The position numbers were made by a program, and so were the translations under genes. From positions 10,880 to 34,879 of the forward strand of contig CAWDSY010000015.1 of assembly GCA_963805115.1 (NCBI GenBank): DNA of 24,000 nucleotides. Direction: 5' to 3'. The first letter of the stretch is position 1. Each line of letters opens with the position of its first letter. The DNA comes from Methanobacteriota archaeon (GTDB taxonomy: Archaea; Halobacteriota; Bog-38; Methanoflorentales; Methanoflorentaceae). Below, one piece after another: positions 1-8,030 of the stretch. The notes beneath the pieces are model-generated. The model made no database searches and was not told the DNA's origin. It saw only the letters and a program-made list of their open reading frames with translations.

Positions 1-768
1 TACGATGCCGGTGTGGATGTAGTCGATAAGTATGGTTGTTCCATAGCCGAGGCCTACGAGCATGAGCGCGAGACCAATGGGCAAAAAAATAACGAGTGGA
101 TTGTAGTCCCGGACGAGGCGAACCGTGATAGACACGATGCTAAACGCGTCCCTGAACGGGTCCAGCTTCGCATGGCCGACTCTGGCCCTGTACCTTATGG
201 GGACTTCGGTAATAGCGAGGTTTTCTTTTTGTGCCTCGATGATCATTTCGCTCGCGAACGGCATGTTAGGCGATTGAAGTTTTAGACGATCGAGTGCAGA
301 GCGTCTTATGGCACGCATTCCTGATTGAGAATCAGTCACGCGTACGTGATACAGAGATCGTAGGAGGGCGGTTAGCATTCTGTTGCCGAGCGCGTTTCTC
401 CGACTCATCGCTCCTTTATCCATAAGAGCGAATCGAGTTCCTATCACAACGTCAGCGCCGTCGTTGATCGGCTGAAGCAGCTTCGGAATGTCGTACGGAT
501 CGTAGGTATAGTCGCCATCCAGAATGACGACTATCTCAGTATCTTCGGATATATGTTTAAATCCTGTAATGTACGCATCTCCATACCCTGTTCCGGTCTG
601 ATGGATTACCTTTGCTCCAAGCTCTGCCGCGCGCGTGGCGGTCCCGTCTCTTGACTTATCGACCACGATCACTTCCACGCTGTACTGTTGTAGCGCGTCA
701 AGGACATCGTGAAGAACGTCAGCAATGGCTGGCTCATTCATCGTGGGGATAATTACGGATATCTTCAT
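1..768 (-). CDS. Family-2 glycosyltransferase (dolichyl-phosphate hexose synthase-like). The 3' end runs off the left edge of the window.
   Basis: Absent from the supplied track because there is no stop in the window. My reverse-strand translation from the ATG at 768-766 stays open for all 256 codons to position 1. It reads MKISVIIPTMNEPAIADVLHDVLDAL..VEVIVVDKSRDGT..ILDGDYTYDP..VIGTRF..TDSQSGMRAIRR..PFASEMII, then a hydrophobic tail PLVIFLPIGLALMLVGLGYG. This matches the GT-A fold pattern with a DxD-like DGD motif. Confidence 0.8.
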   Translation of the reverse strand, partial: MKISVIIPTMNEPAIADVLHDVLDALQQYSVEVIVVDKSRDGTATRAAELGAKVIHQTGTGYGDAYITGFKHISEDTEIVVILDGDYTYDPYDIPKLLQPINDGADVVIGTRFALMDKGAMSRRNALGNRMLTALLRSLYHVRVTDSQSGMRAIRRSALDRLKLQSPNMPFASEMIIEAQKENLAITEVPIRYRARVGHAKLDPFRDAFSIVSITVRLVRDYNPLVIFLPIGLALMLVGLGYGTTILIDYIHTGIV

Positions 769-780
769 AGGCTGCTAGAT

Positions 781-816
781 AGCGTAGGCGCGCTACGCTT
801 GATTTTATTCTATAAT
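781..816 (-). promoter_or_regulatory. Candidate promoter and operator for the GT2 gene: an AT-rich TATA-like element next to a 7-bp inverted repeat.
   Basis: AGCGTAG-gcgcg-CTACGCT lies at 781-799, immediately followed by TTTTATTCTATAAT at 803-816. On the minus strand the AT-rich box sits about 42 nt upstream of the ATG at 768. The inverted repeat then covers the expected transcription start. Confidence 0.3.
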
Positions 817-978
817 CTTGGCGTGAAAAGGTAAAGTTATCTATCCACATATGGTTAATTCTTATTGATTTAAACAACGTTTCACTGACCACATTGCGCT
901 GAACTGACGCTGGACAACAATCGAAACGACTCAGATGAATACGCCTCGCGTAAGAAACACGATCCTTGAGCAAGAGCG

Positions 979-2202
979 ATGACCTCGGTTTATGTAGAAA
1001 CGTACGGCTGTACGCTAAACCAAAGCGAAAGCGAAGAGCTCATGCTTCAGCTAAATAGCCACATGATGGTAGAATCTACCGAGGATGCACGTGTGCTCGT
1101 TCTAAATACGTGTATGGTTATCGAGACGACTGAAAAAAAGATCCTACGACGGATAGACACTCTGTATCAGCAGTTAGGCGAGCGAACGCTCATTATCACG
1201 GGCTGCATGGCTGGGCCATTTGGCGATCGGCTCCACGCTTTGTATCCAGCGTTGAAAACTATGCGGATCAGCGGCGTGGCGTCGTACATAGACGCTCATT
1301 TCTCGCGCAGCGCCGCATCTGCACCGAGACCAAACATCACAGCTAAGGTAAAGATCGCACAGGGATGTGGGGGAAGCTGCAGCTATTGCATCGTGAAGCT
1401 CATCAGAGGTCCTGTGAAGAGTCGAAGCATCGAAACCATCACCAGGGATGTGGAACAGAGGGTTCAAAATGGTGTGAAGCAAGTCTTCCTGACTGCGCAG
1501 GACGGGGGAGCGTACGGGTTAGATCAGGGCCACCGATTACCCGACCTTGTCGAAGCGCTATGCGAAATTGAACACGACTTCAAGCTCCGCGTTGGGATGA
1601 TGAACGTGTCCTCGATTCTTGATATCGAAGATGATCTCTTGAAAGCGTATACGCATCCTCGGGTATACAGATTCGTGCACTTGCCGGTGCAGTCGGGTTC
1701 CGATCGGATTTTGGAGCTCATGGAGAGAGGGCATACGGTGTTCGACTTCAAGCACATTGTCTCGAGCTTCCGTCACGAACTCAGAGATGTCACTGTATCG
1801 ACCGACTTCATTGTAGGCTTCCCGAGTGAAACGGCTGAGGATTTTCGGGCCACGTTGAACCTACTGCGAGAAGTTGCGCCGCTCAAAGTGAACATCACAC
1901 GCTTTTCGCGACGAGAGGGGACTGAGGCATTTTTTTTGAGACCTGTGACCGGCAGGGTACAGAAAGACCGGTCGCGAATGCTGACAGCGGAGCATCACCG
2001 CGTTGCCTGTCAGCGAAACCGTGAGTACATCGGGAAGAGCTACAGTGCGCTGGCAGTGGAGAGAGGCAAGAAGGGAAGCACCATCTTATATAATGACAAC
2101 TATCGGCCGATAGTTGTGCCACGCGATCTAGCTCTTGGGGTCTTCTATGCAGTGCGCGTCGCTGGAGTTACGCCGACATATTTAATAGGCAGCCTTAATT
2201 GA
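979..2202 (+). CDS. mtaB: Radical-SAM methylthiotransferase of the MiaB/MtaB family (archaeal tRNA t6A37 methylthiotransferase type).
   Basis: 407 aa. The N-terminus VYVETYGCTLNQSESE matches the UPF0004 domain. AQGCGGSCSYCIV carries the CxxxCxxC radical-SAM motif. The C-terminus resembles a TRAM domain (GKSYSALAVERGKKGS..YAVRVAGVT). Confidence 0.85.
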   Translation: MTSVYVETYGCTLNQSESEELMLQLNSHMMVESTEDARVLVLNTCMVIETTEKKILRRIDTLYQQLGERTLIITGCMAGPFGDRLHALYPALKTMRISGVASYIDAHFSRSAASAPRPNITAKVKIAQGCGGSCSYCIVKLIRGPVKSRSIETITRDVEQRVQNGVKQVFLTAQDGGAYGLDQGHRLPDLVEALCEIEHDFKLRVGMMNVSSILDIEDDLLKAYTHPRVYRFVHLPVQSGSDRILELMERGHTVFDFKHIVSSFRHELRDVTVSTDFIVGFPSETAEDFRATLNLLREVAPLKVNITRFSRREGTEAFFLRPVTGRVQKDRSRMLTAEHHRVACQRNREYIGKSYSALAVERGKKGSTILYNDNYRPIVVPRDLALGVFYAVRVAGVTPTYLIGSLN

Positions 2203-2232
2203 TTCGTTTTGAAAAATAAGCTCGCTTCCAAG

Positions 2233-2240
2233 TTTTTTTT
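2233..2240 (+). terminator. Oligo-T tract (T8), a candidate archaeal terminator for mtaB.
   Basis: TTTTTTTT lies 31 nt downstream of the mtaB stop. Archaeal RNA polymerase terminates at oligo-T runs. Confidence 0.4.
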
Positions 2241-2258
2241 CACAAAAAAGCAATAGAA

Positions 2259-2265
2259 TTTTATA
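2259..2265 (+). promoter_or_regulatory. TATA-like box (TTTTATA) positioned for a leaderless transcript of the small ORF at 2290.
   Basis: The centre of the box is about 28 nt upstream of the ATG at 2290. That is the usual TATA-to-start distance for leaderless archaeal mRNAs. Confidence 0.3.
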
Positions 2266-2289
2266 CCATAAGGTAACTTATGGTGTGGT

Positions 2290-2448
2290 ATGCAACGGCC
2301 ACGATACCAACTGAGAATCGATTGGATTACGTTTGCCTTAATATTTGTCATTTCACTGGTTTTGTACCTGATCCCGTACCTTCACGAGCTCCTGATTATA
2401 GTCGTTATAGCTGCGATCTTGTACACGTTCGTCAAAAGTCTATACTAG
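2290..2448 (+). CDS. Hypothetical 52-aa protein with two predicted hydrophobic helices.
   Basis: My own translation is MQRPRYQLRIDWITFALIFVISLVLYLIPYLHELLIIVVIAAILYTFVKSLY*. It is below the track's size cut-off. It has two hydrophobic stretches with a charged N-terminus. A TATA-like box lies upstream and a T6 tract downstream. No homolog is recognised. Confidence 0.3.
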   Translation: MQRPRYQLRIDWITFALIFVISLVLYLIPYLHELLIIVVIAAILYTFVKSLY

Positions 2449-2488
2449 CCAAAGGCCTTCTTTGCGGCGAACGCCCCCTATTATGGGC

Positions 2489-2494
2489 TTTTTT
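2489..2494 (+). terminator. Oligo-T tract (T6) downstream of the small ORF.
   Basis: GGGCTTTTTTAGC lies 41 nt after the TAG at 2446-2448. Confidence 0.3.
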
Positions 2495-2590
2495 AGCTTT
2501 AAAGACCGCGTGAACTCCCGTGAAGGCAGCACGTGTCACTCGAGCAAAACCGCTACACAACCATGATTTGAAAACCGAGGACTGCTAAAC

Positions 2591-4405
2591 ATGCGACTTC
2601 TGCTAATGCACGTTGACTACATTGAGTACCAGGTCACGAAGGCAAGCAAGTACGCTGAAGATACGGAAGATTCACGCAAACAGGCGCGAATGGAGGAGGC
2701 TTTAGTCGCCTTTGTCGCCGCAGAACGCGGTGACGAGACGAGTCTTGACGACGTGGCAGCCGATGCAGCGAATGCAATAGTCGACGTTGCGACTAAGGTA
2801 GCCACGAAGCGGGTCATGATCTATCCCTACGCTCATTTGAGTTCCGCGTTGGCGTCACCCGAGACTGCTTTGAACGTCCTGCAGGGGATTGAATCTCTGC
2901 TCGTCGGCTTTGAAGTGCTGAGGGCGCCATTCGGATGGTACAAATCGTTCAGTTTGAAGTGTAAGGGGCATCCTCTTGCTGAGCTATCCAGATCTATTCA
3001 CCCAGAGGCAAAACTTGAGAAGAAGACAGTCGAAAGCGAATTCTACGTACTTGAGCCTAACGGTACGATAACTCCGGCGACTGCGTTTCACTCGACGGAC
3101 GCTGAATTCAAGGACATTCTTAGTTATGAACTGGGGCAACACGCTCTCTACAGCACGGAAGCGGAGTTGCCGCATATTAAGCTAATGAAAGAGAAGGAGC
3201 TCGTCGAGTACGAGCCGCTGTCAGACGCGGGACACCTCAAGTGGCTGCCGAAAGGAAAGCTAGTGCGTGATCTTTTGATCGACTATTCTTATCTCCTATC
3301 GGTGAACTACGGCGCGATGCCGGTCGAGACGCCGGTTATGTATGACCTTTCCAGCAGAGCGGTCAGTGAACACGCGAGCAAGTTTGGTGAGCGACAATAT
3401 CGGCTGAAAGCAGGCGCACGCGACATGATGCTCAGATTCGCTGCCTGCTTTGGTATGTTTAGCATGATGCACCAGATGCATTTGACCGAAAAAGACCTGC
3501 CGCTGAAACTGTACGAGCTTTCGACTTATTCTTTCAGGTATGAGCAGCGGGGCGAATTGACTGGCCTCAAGCGCCAACGGGCTTTTACGATGCCTGACAT
3601 GCACACCGCTTGCCGTGACATGAGCGAAGCTAAGCGTTTCTTCATGGAGCAGCTGCGACTTGGGTTCAAATCGGGTGTGGATCTCGACGTGAAATATCAG
3701 GCTATATTTCGGAGCACGAAGGCGTTTTATAAGGACAACAAAAAATGGGTAGAGCAGATCGCTCGCGAGTTTAAGCGCCCCTTCTTAGTAGAACTCTTGT
3801 CAGAACGCGCTCATTACTGGGTTTGTAAGTGCGATCTCGCGGCTTTGGATACGTCGCGGAAACCAATCGAATGCCCGACTGTCCAAATTGACGTGGAGAG
3901 CGCGGAGCGGTTTGACATCAAGTACTATACCGAAACGGGAGAACACTGGCCCATTATCCTACACACGTCCCCGACGGGCGGGATAGAGCGCGTACTCTGC
4001 GCGATCCTCGAGGCGCAGGCGCTCGAGAAAGTGCCGGCCCTTCCCGTGTGGCTCGCCCCGACGCAGGTGAGGATCGTTCCTGTCTCCGACAAGCATCTTC
4101 AATACGCGCGAGAGATCGCAAGCGAAGTCAGAAATGCGAAAATACGCGTTGACATCGACGACCGCGATGAGTCAGTAAGCAAGAAAATCGCCTCTGCCGG
4201 GAGAGGATGGGTGCCCTACGTCGCTGTCATCGGGGAAAAAGAGGAGCAGAGGAAAAGCCTCGCTGTGACCGTACGCTTTTCGGGGCAAAAAGAGTCGATG
4301 TCTGTCAATGAGCTGATCGATCATGTGCGCCAAGAAATCGGGCGAATGCCATATCGGCCACTAACATTACCCGAAATGCTCTCGCAGCGACCAAAATTCG
4401 TGTGA
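2591..4405 (+). CDS. thrS: Threonyl-tRNA synthetase, archaeal type with an N-terminal editing domain.
   Basis: 604 aa. MRLLLMHVDYIEYQV..MIYPYAHLSS is typical of the archaeal ThrRS editing domain. The class II motif 2 region reads FRYEQRGELTGLKRQRAFTMPDMH. The C-terminal anticodon-binding region reads VRIVPVSDKHLQYA..VPYVAVIGEKE. Confidence 0.95.
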   Translation: MRLLLMHVDYIEYQVTKASKYAEDTEDSRKQARMEEALVAFVAAERGDETSLDDVAADAANAIVDVATKVATKRVMIYPYAHLSSALASPETALNVLQGIESLLVGFEVLRAPFGWYKSFSLKCKGHPLAELSRSIHPEAKLEKKTVESEFYVLEPNGTITPATAFHSTDAEFKDILSYELGQHALYSTEAELPHIKLMKEKELVEYEPLSDAGHLKWLPKGKLVRDLLIDYSYLLSVNYGAMPVETPVMYDLSSRAVSEHASKFGERQYRLKAGARDMMLRFAACFGMFSMMHQMHLTEKDLPLKLYELSTYSFRYEQRGELTGLKRQRAFTMPDMHTACRDMSEAKRFFMEQLRLGFKSGVDLDVKYQAIFRSTKAFYKDNKKWVEQIAREFKRPFLVELLSERAHYWVCKCDLAALDTSRKPIECPTVQIDVESAERFDIKYYTETGEHWPIILHTSPTGGIERVLCAILEAQALEKVPALPVWLAPTQVRIVPVSDKHLQYAREIASEVRNAKIRVDIDDRDESVSKKIASAGRGWVPYVAVIGEKEEQRKSLAVTVRFSGQKESMSVNELIDHVRQEIGRMPYRPLTLPEMLSQRPKFV

Positions 4406-4480
4406 ATGAACGCGAGATTTGTTCATCCTTTTCAACGGCGGATGAAGTCAGTTCGTCTTTGTATTTGACTGAGCCAGACC

Positions 4481-5941
4481 TCAGAATGTATCATCCTGTG
4501 CGTAGCTCCTTCCCAGCTTCAGCGCGATTTCTGCCTTTTTCAACTCACGTCCAAGATACGCTGCGTGGGATGCCGTAGATACGAGCTCAAGCTCAAAAAT
4601 GGCATCAAGTATACCTTTTGCGGAATTGCCTCGTATGGCGGTCCCCGTGTCGTGCCTCACAACGATCAGTCCCTCTCTAACACCGATCACGAAGTTGCCA
4701 GATGGGTCAGGCGCCCACTTCGCCGTGTCAAAATCCTTAGCGTCGAGGATGTTCGTGCTGGTAATTCGATACTCTGGTCGCCGTCTGCGCTCTTTCAATA
4801 CGAGAAGATTAATGCCTAGATCTTTTGGTGGGCTTTTTCGATACTGTGCGAGCTGCATCATCTGAGCCGCTGTCTTCAGCTCTTTAACGCTGCCCTTTGC
4901 TTTGTCACTGTGCTCAGGAGTAAAGAGTACGCCAACCCCCAGCTCCATTGCCAGACCGGCAAGCAGGGCGTTAGCGCCTATCGAGTCGGCTTCCATCAGC
5001 TCAACGATGTTGCCGACGCCGAGAAACAGTGGGACGGTGCTGACCGATCTGACGCGGTGGTACTCAGCGAGCGAGTTGGAGGCCCCACTGCCTATCGGGT
5101 ATAGCACAGGATCGGCGATGATTTTGCTGATGCCAAAAGTACGCGCGAGAGCTACGGTAGAGCAAACATCGCCGTTTTCGGGCAACACCACAACTGCAAG
5201 GTCTTTTCTTGCGACTGTGGGTCCTATCTCGGCGGCGTTTTCTGCTGTAAGTGAGAGAACGAGTTCAGCGCCTGACTCTATTCCAGCGCAGATAAGCTCT
5301 GGATCGAGACTATCGATGCTGAGGGGGACGTTGTACTCACCTGTTACCGCGCTGACCTCCGCAAAGGTGCGGCGCACCTCGCGCTTCGCGGTTCCGAGAG
5401 GTATGCCGACGTCGATGATATCGGCCCCGTTGCGCATATGCTGCAAAGCAATGCGCTTAGCATCTGCGACTGGGGCGTCGATTATCTCTCCGAGCACCTT
5501 CATTCGAGAGTTTCCTCCAATTTTAAGGTCTCGAATTTTGAAATCATAGGCTGCAGATCTTTCTAGCTGCGTCAATAGATTCAAGGCGTCGTCTCTACGC
5601 TTTTCCCGAATAATAAGGTCAGCCGGCTCATTGAGCGACAGCGTGGATTGATCGAGCGATTTAAGCACCAAGCCGAGATCATAGGCCTGTTTTGGGCCCA
5701 GAGCAATTTTCACGCTCAGCTCATCACCAAGCGCCCCAAAGTCAGCGGGATTCGCAGCGCCGGGAATCAAGATCACATCGTGCTTGTGACCATGCCGTCT
5801 CGCGAACTCGACGTACGCTTCTCTTAAGAGAGCAGGCGTCATCAGCGCCGCAATGTCTACATCTAGAACCAACACATCTGCGGCTGCGCCTACAGCCTCT
5901 CTAACGACTTGTTCGGCGCAGCGACCGGTCGCCACAAGCAC
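4481..5941 (-). CDS. mptH: Dihydropteroate-synthase-like enzyme of methanopterin biosynthesis (MJ0301/MptH type), with a C-terminal extra domain.
   Basis: 486 aa with a GTG start. The central pterin-binding barrel has NGADIIDVGIPLG, LSIDSLDPE and KIIADPVL..G. A C-terminal domain of about 110 aa (NLLVLKERRRRPEY..GRELKKAEIAL) resembles that of the archaeal long DHPS-like proteins. An in-frame TGA 16 codons upstream limits the start. Confidence 0.75.
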   Translation of the reverse strand: MLVATGRCAEQVVREAVGAAADVLVLDVDIAALMTPALLREAYVEFARRHGHKHDVILIPGAANPADFGALGDELSVKIALGPKQAYDLGLVLKSLDQSTLSLNEPADLIIREKRRDDALNLLTQLERSAAYDFKIRDLKIGGNSRMKVLGEIIDAPVADAKRIALQHMRNGADIIDVGIPLGTAKREVRRTFAEVSAVTGEYNVPLSIDSLDPELICAGIESGAELVLSLTAENAAEIGPTVARKDLAVVVLPENGDVCSTVALARTFGISKIIADPVLYPIGSGASNSLAEYHRVRSVSTVPLFLGVGNIVELMEADSIGANALLAGLAMELGVGVLFTPEHSDKAKGSVKELKTAAQMMQLAQYRKSPPKDLGINLLVLKERRRRPEYRITSTNILDAKDFDTAKWAPDPSGNFVIGVREGLIVVRHDTGTAIRGNSAKGILDAIFELELVSTASHAAYLGRELKKAEIALKLGRSYAQDDTF

Positions 5942-6006
5942 TCGTTCGATAGGTTTCCACCTGTAACAACATACTCTTAATATGCTATATCACAATTACT
6001 GATGGT

Positions 6007-6672
6007 ATGAGGTTTGATCTGCACGTTCATTCACATTTTTCTCCTGACTCAAACAGCTCAGTCGAAGCGATACTTAGGCAGGCACAAGAAGCCGGTCTCG
6101 ACGGACTCGCGATTACTGATCATAATTCTGTGCAATCTTTCTTTGATGCAGTGAGGCTTACGGAGGATCTGGGACTGAATCTCATCGTAGTACCGGGCGC
6201 TGAGATCTCAACAGCGGAGGGTCATCTGATAACGCTCGGAAATCACACTCTTGTGCCCCCCGGTCTATCTGCTTCTGAAACCAGCAAACGCGCTCACGAC
6301 GGCCATGGGATCGTCGTGGCGGCTCATCCATTCGAATTATTCAGAAAGGGCATCCGTAGTTTGCGCAACAAGAGGATAGACGCTGTCGAAGCGTTCAATT
6401 CAAGGCGCCTTCTTGGCGTCTCTAATTATCTCGCGACTCGTTCAGCTGCGAAACTGAACCTTGGGGTCACTGGCGGAAGTGATTCTCACAACGTGGAGAC
6501 TGTCGGTTTTGGATATACTGAAGTAGATGCCGCGAGCGGCGTCAGTGTCCAAAATCTACTATGCGCTATACAGGCTGGCAGATCTACAGCGAGGGGCCGC
6601 GTATCGCCACGTCTCCGGTCAGCGAGTTATTCACTTAAGGCACGGGTCTTGAATCATAGGAATAGCCGTTAA
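6007..6672 (+). CDS. PHP-family metal-dependent phosphoesterase.
   Basis: 221 aa. MRFDLHVHSHFSPDS..LDGLAITDHNS..GAEIST..AHP..GGSDSH matches the His/Asp metal-ligand pattern of PHP domains. Confidence 0.8.
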   Translation: MRFDLHVHSHFSPDSNSSVEAILRQAQEAGLDGLAITDHNSVQSFFDAVRLTEDLGLNLIVVPGAEISTAEGHLITLGNHTLVPPGLSASETSKRAHDGHGIVVAAHPFELFRKGIRSLRNKRIDAVEAFNSRRLLGVSNYLATRSAAKLNLGVTGGSDSHNVETVGFGYTEVDAASGVSVQNLLCAIQAGRSTARGRVSPRLRSASYSLKARVLNHRNSR

Positions 6673-6681
6673 ATTACCCGC

Positions 6682-6688
6682 AAAAAAA
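6682..6688 (-). terminator. Oligo-T tract (T7 on the minus strand) downstream of the dmrX-like gene.
   Basis: AAAAAAA on the plus strand is T7 on the minus strand. It lies 35-41 nt past the stop at 6723, at the end of the five-gene minus-strand unit. Confidence 0.4.
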
Positions 6689-6722
6689 CATAGAACTTAG
6701 CGTTTTAGCACGGACGTGCGGA

Positions 6723-7427
6723 TCACATAGTTGCCCAAAGCGCCTCCTCAAGCTGATGAGGACTGTCGAGAATCGTGATTCCTTCCGAATCTCTAAGGGT
6801 TCGGACGTTGTTTTTGTCAATGTCGCGGACTATAAGGTTCACCGTCCCCTCTTGGATCGCGTCATAATCGCACACGTCTTTGCACAAGCCGCAGCCGTTG
6901 CATTTGAGGTAGTCGATTTGCTCATCAATCGCATCGTTTGGGCAAGCTTGAGCGCATTCGTGGCACTCAATGCAAAGATCTCTGTTTATGAAGTAAGGTA
7001 CAGGACTTTTAACGCTACCTTCAATGTCGACAGGAACGATGAAAACCAGAACCCCGCCTTTCACGGCATGCGCGACCGCATTAGTAATGAGTGAATCAGC
7101 AATGCCGTGAGCTATTTTGGCTACCGTGTTGGACGTAGCCGGGGACACAAACAATGCGTCATAGATGCCGCGCGAGAAGCGGCCTGTCTTTGGGTAGCTC
7201 CATCCCTGTTCGCGTTCGAGTATGACCTCCTCCATGTACCCTCCCGGTGAAACTCGATCCAAGTATTGAAAAAGGCCGTAGACCCGTGCAACCTCCTCTG
7301 CAGCCCGCGAGACAAATGAAGTCACAGCCACGCGGTCGCCGTAGGCTTCCTTTGCCTCGACGAATAAATCAAACGTTTCGCGTAAATGATGCCCAGCCCC
7401 TGTAATACCCCACGCGATTCTTGCCAT
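6723..7427 (-). CDS. dmrX: Archaeal flavoprotein (AfpA family) with an inserted 2x[4Fe-4S] ferredoxin module; dihydromethanopterin reductase DmrX type.
   Basis: 234 aa. The N-terminus RIAWGITGAGHHL and the SPATSNTVAKIAHGIADSLITN segment match the flavoprotein fold. Two cluster motifs are present: CIECHECAQACP and CNGCGLCKDVCD. Confidence 0.7.
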   Translation of the reverse strand: MARIAWGITGAGHHLRETFDLFVEAKEAYGDRVAVTSFVSRAAEEVARVYGLFQYLDRVSPGGYMEEVILEREQGWSYPKTGRFSRGIYDALFVSPATSNTVAKIAHGIADSLITNAVAHAVKGGVLVFIVPVDIEGSVKSPVPYFINRDLCIECHECAQACPNDAIDEQIDYLKCNGCGLCKDVCDYDAIQEGTVNLIVRDIDKNNVRTLRDSEGITILDSPHQLEEALWATM

Positions 7428-7433
7428 GGCACC

Positions 7434-8030
7434 TCAACCGTTCTGATCGTAATCCTGCTGTCTAGATGTGATCACTTGTCCAAGATATTTCTTTAGGAGC
7501 TTGAATGCTTCAAATTCGCGCCTTCCACCGCACTTAGTAACGATGCGCTCGCAGTGAGTCATTCGCTCGAGGTAGGCTGGGTCTCCAAGAGTCTGATAAC
7601 GTGTTGCATGAATTGTTGCTTCAAGCACAGCGCAAAATGCCCTGTTCACGGGTATGATTGGTCGCTGCAGGACAACAGATCTCACAGGCTGGAGCTCTAC
7701 TACGGCGCTTTTTTGAGTCGGTTTTTCCAGAATCGCGCATGTAAATTCCACCCATGCGTACGCTGCCTTTAGAACAGGCGCCGTCTGATCGGGGGAAAAA
7801 AAGTCAGGGCCGAGGTCCTCAAAGGCGGTTTTCACGTAAATCAGCGGATCCGCGACAAAGTTGGCAACCAACTGACGGTTTTTCTTAACGTTCAAAAAAG
7901 TGTGGCTGTCTTTGTAAACGGAAATGTAGAGGGAGCCGCGATTTATGACGCCCATAGGAGCGGCGTTGGGCTGGCCATTACGCGTCGTTGCTATTACTTC
8001 TGAGATGCCTTCGTGAAATTGCACGTCCAT
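7434..8030 (-). CDS. DUF447-like, flavin-reductase-like split-barrel protein (H4MPT-associated, reaction unknown).
   Basis: 198 aa. The N-terminus GISEVIATTRNGQPNAAPMGV resembles FMN-binding split-barrel and DUF447 proteins. Its ATG overlaps the upstream stop (TGATG at 8032-8028). Confidence 0.6.
   Translation of the reverse strand: MDVQFHEGISEVIATTRNGQPNAAPMGVINRGSLYISVYKDSHTFLNVKKNRQLVANFVADPLIYVKTAFEDLGPDFFSPDQTAPVLKAAYAWVEFTCAILEKPTQKSAVVELQPVRSVVLQRPIIPVNRAFCAVLEATIHATRYQTLGDPAYLERMTHCERIVTKCGGRREFEAFKLLKKYLGQVITSRQQDYDQNG

Noticed and set aside
13-285. 90-aa plus-strand ORF at the left edge.
   Set aside because: It lies antisense to a much longer open frame (1-768, minus strand) whose translation has clear GT2 glycosyltransferase motifs. 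It is a shadow ORF.
734-973. 79-aa minus-strand ORF in the GT2/mtaB spacer.
   Set aside because: It overlaps the GT2 start in another frame and runs through AT-rich promoter DNA. Its composition is not protein-like (Cys/Arg-rich and irregular).
2280-2513. 77-aa plus-strand ORF in the mtaB-thrS spacer.
   Set aside because: It has no recognisable features and reads through the T6 tract. The alternative 52-aa frame (2290-2448) has coherent hydrophobic helices and promoter/terminator geometry, although it too is only a candidate.
4565-5904. Several plus-strand ORFs (up to 215 aa) antisense to the mptH-like gene.
   Set aside because: They are Ser/Arg/Pro/Ala-rich shadow frames typical of the antisense strand of a GC-rich gene. 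The minus-strand product has DHPS-like motifs along its full length. The same reasoning applies to the antisense ORFs inside mtaB, thrS, the NifR3-like gene, cofD, ubiD, trm1, rlmE, priL, priS and aIF2alpha.
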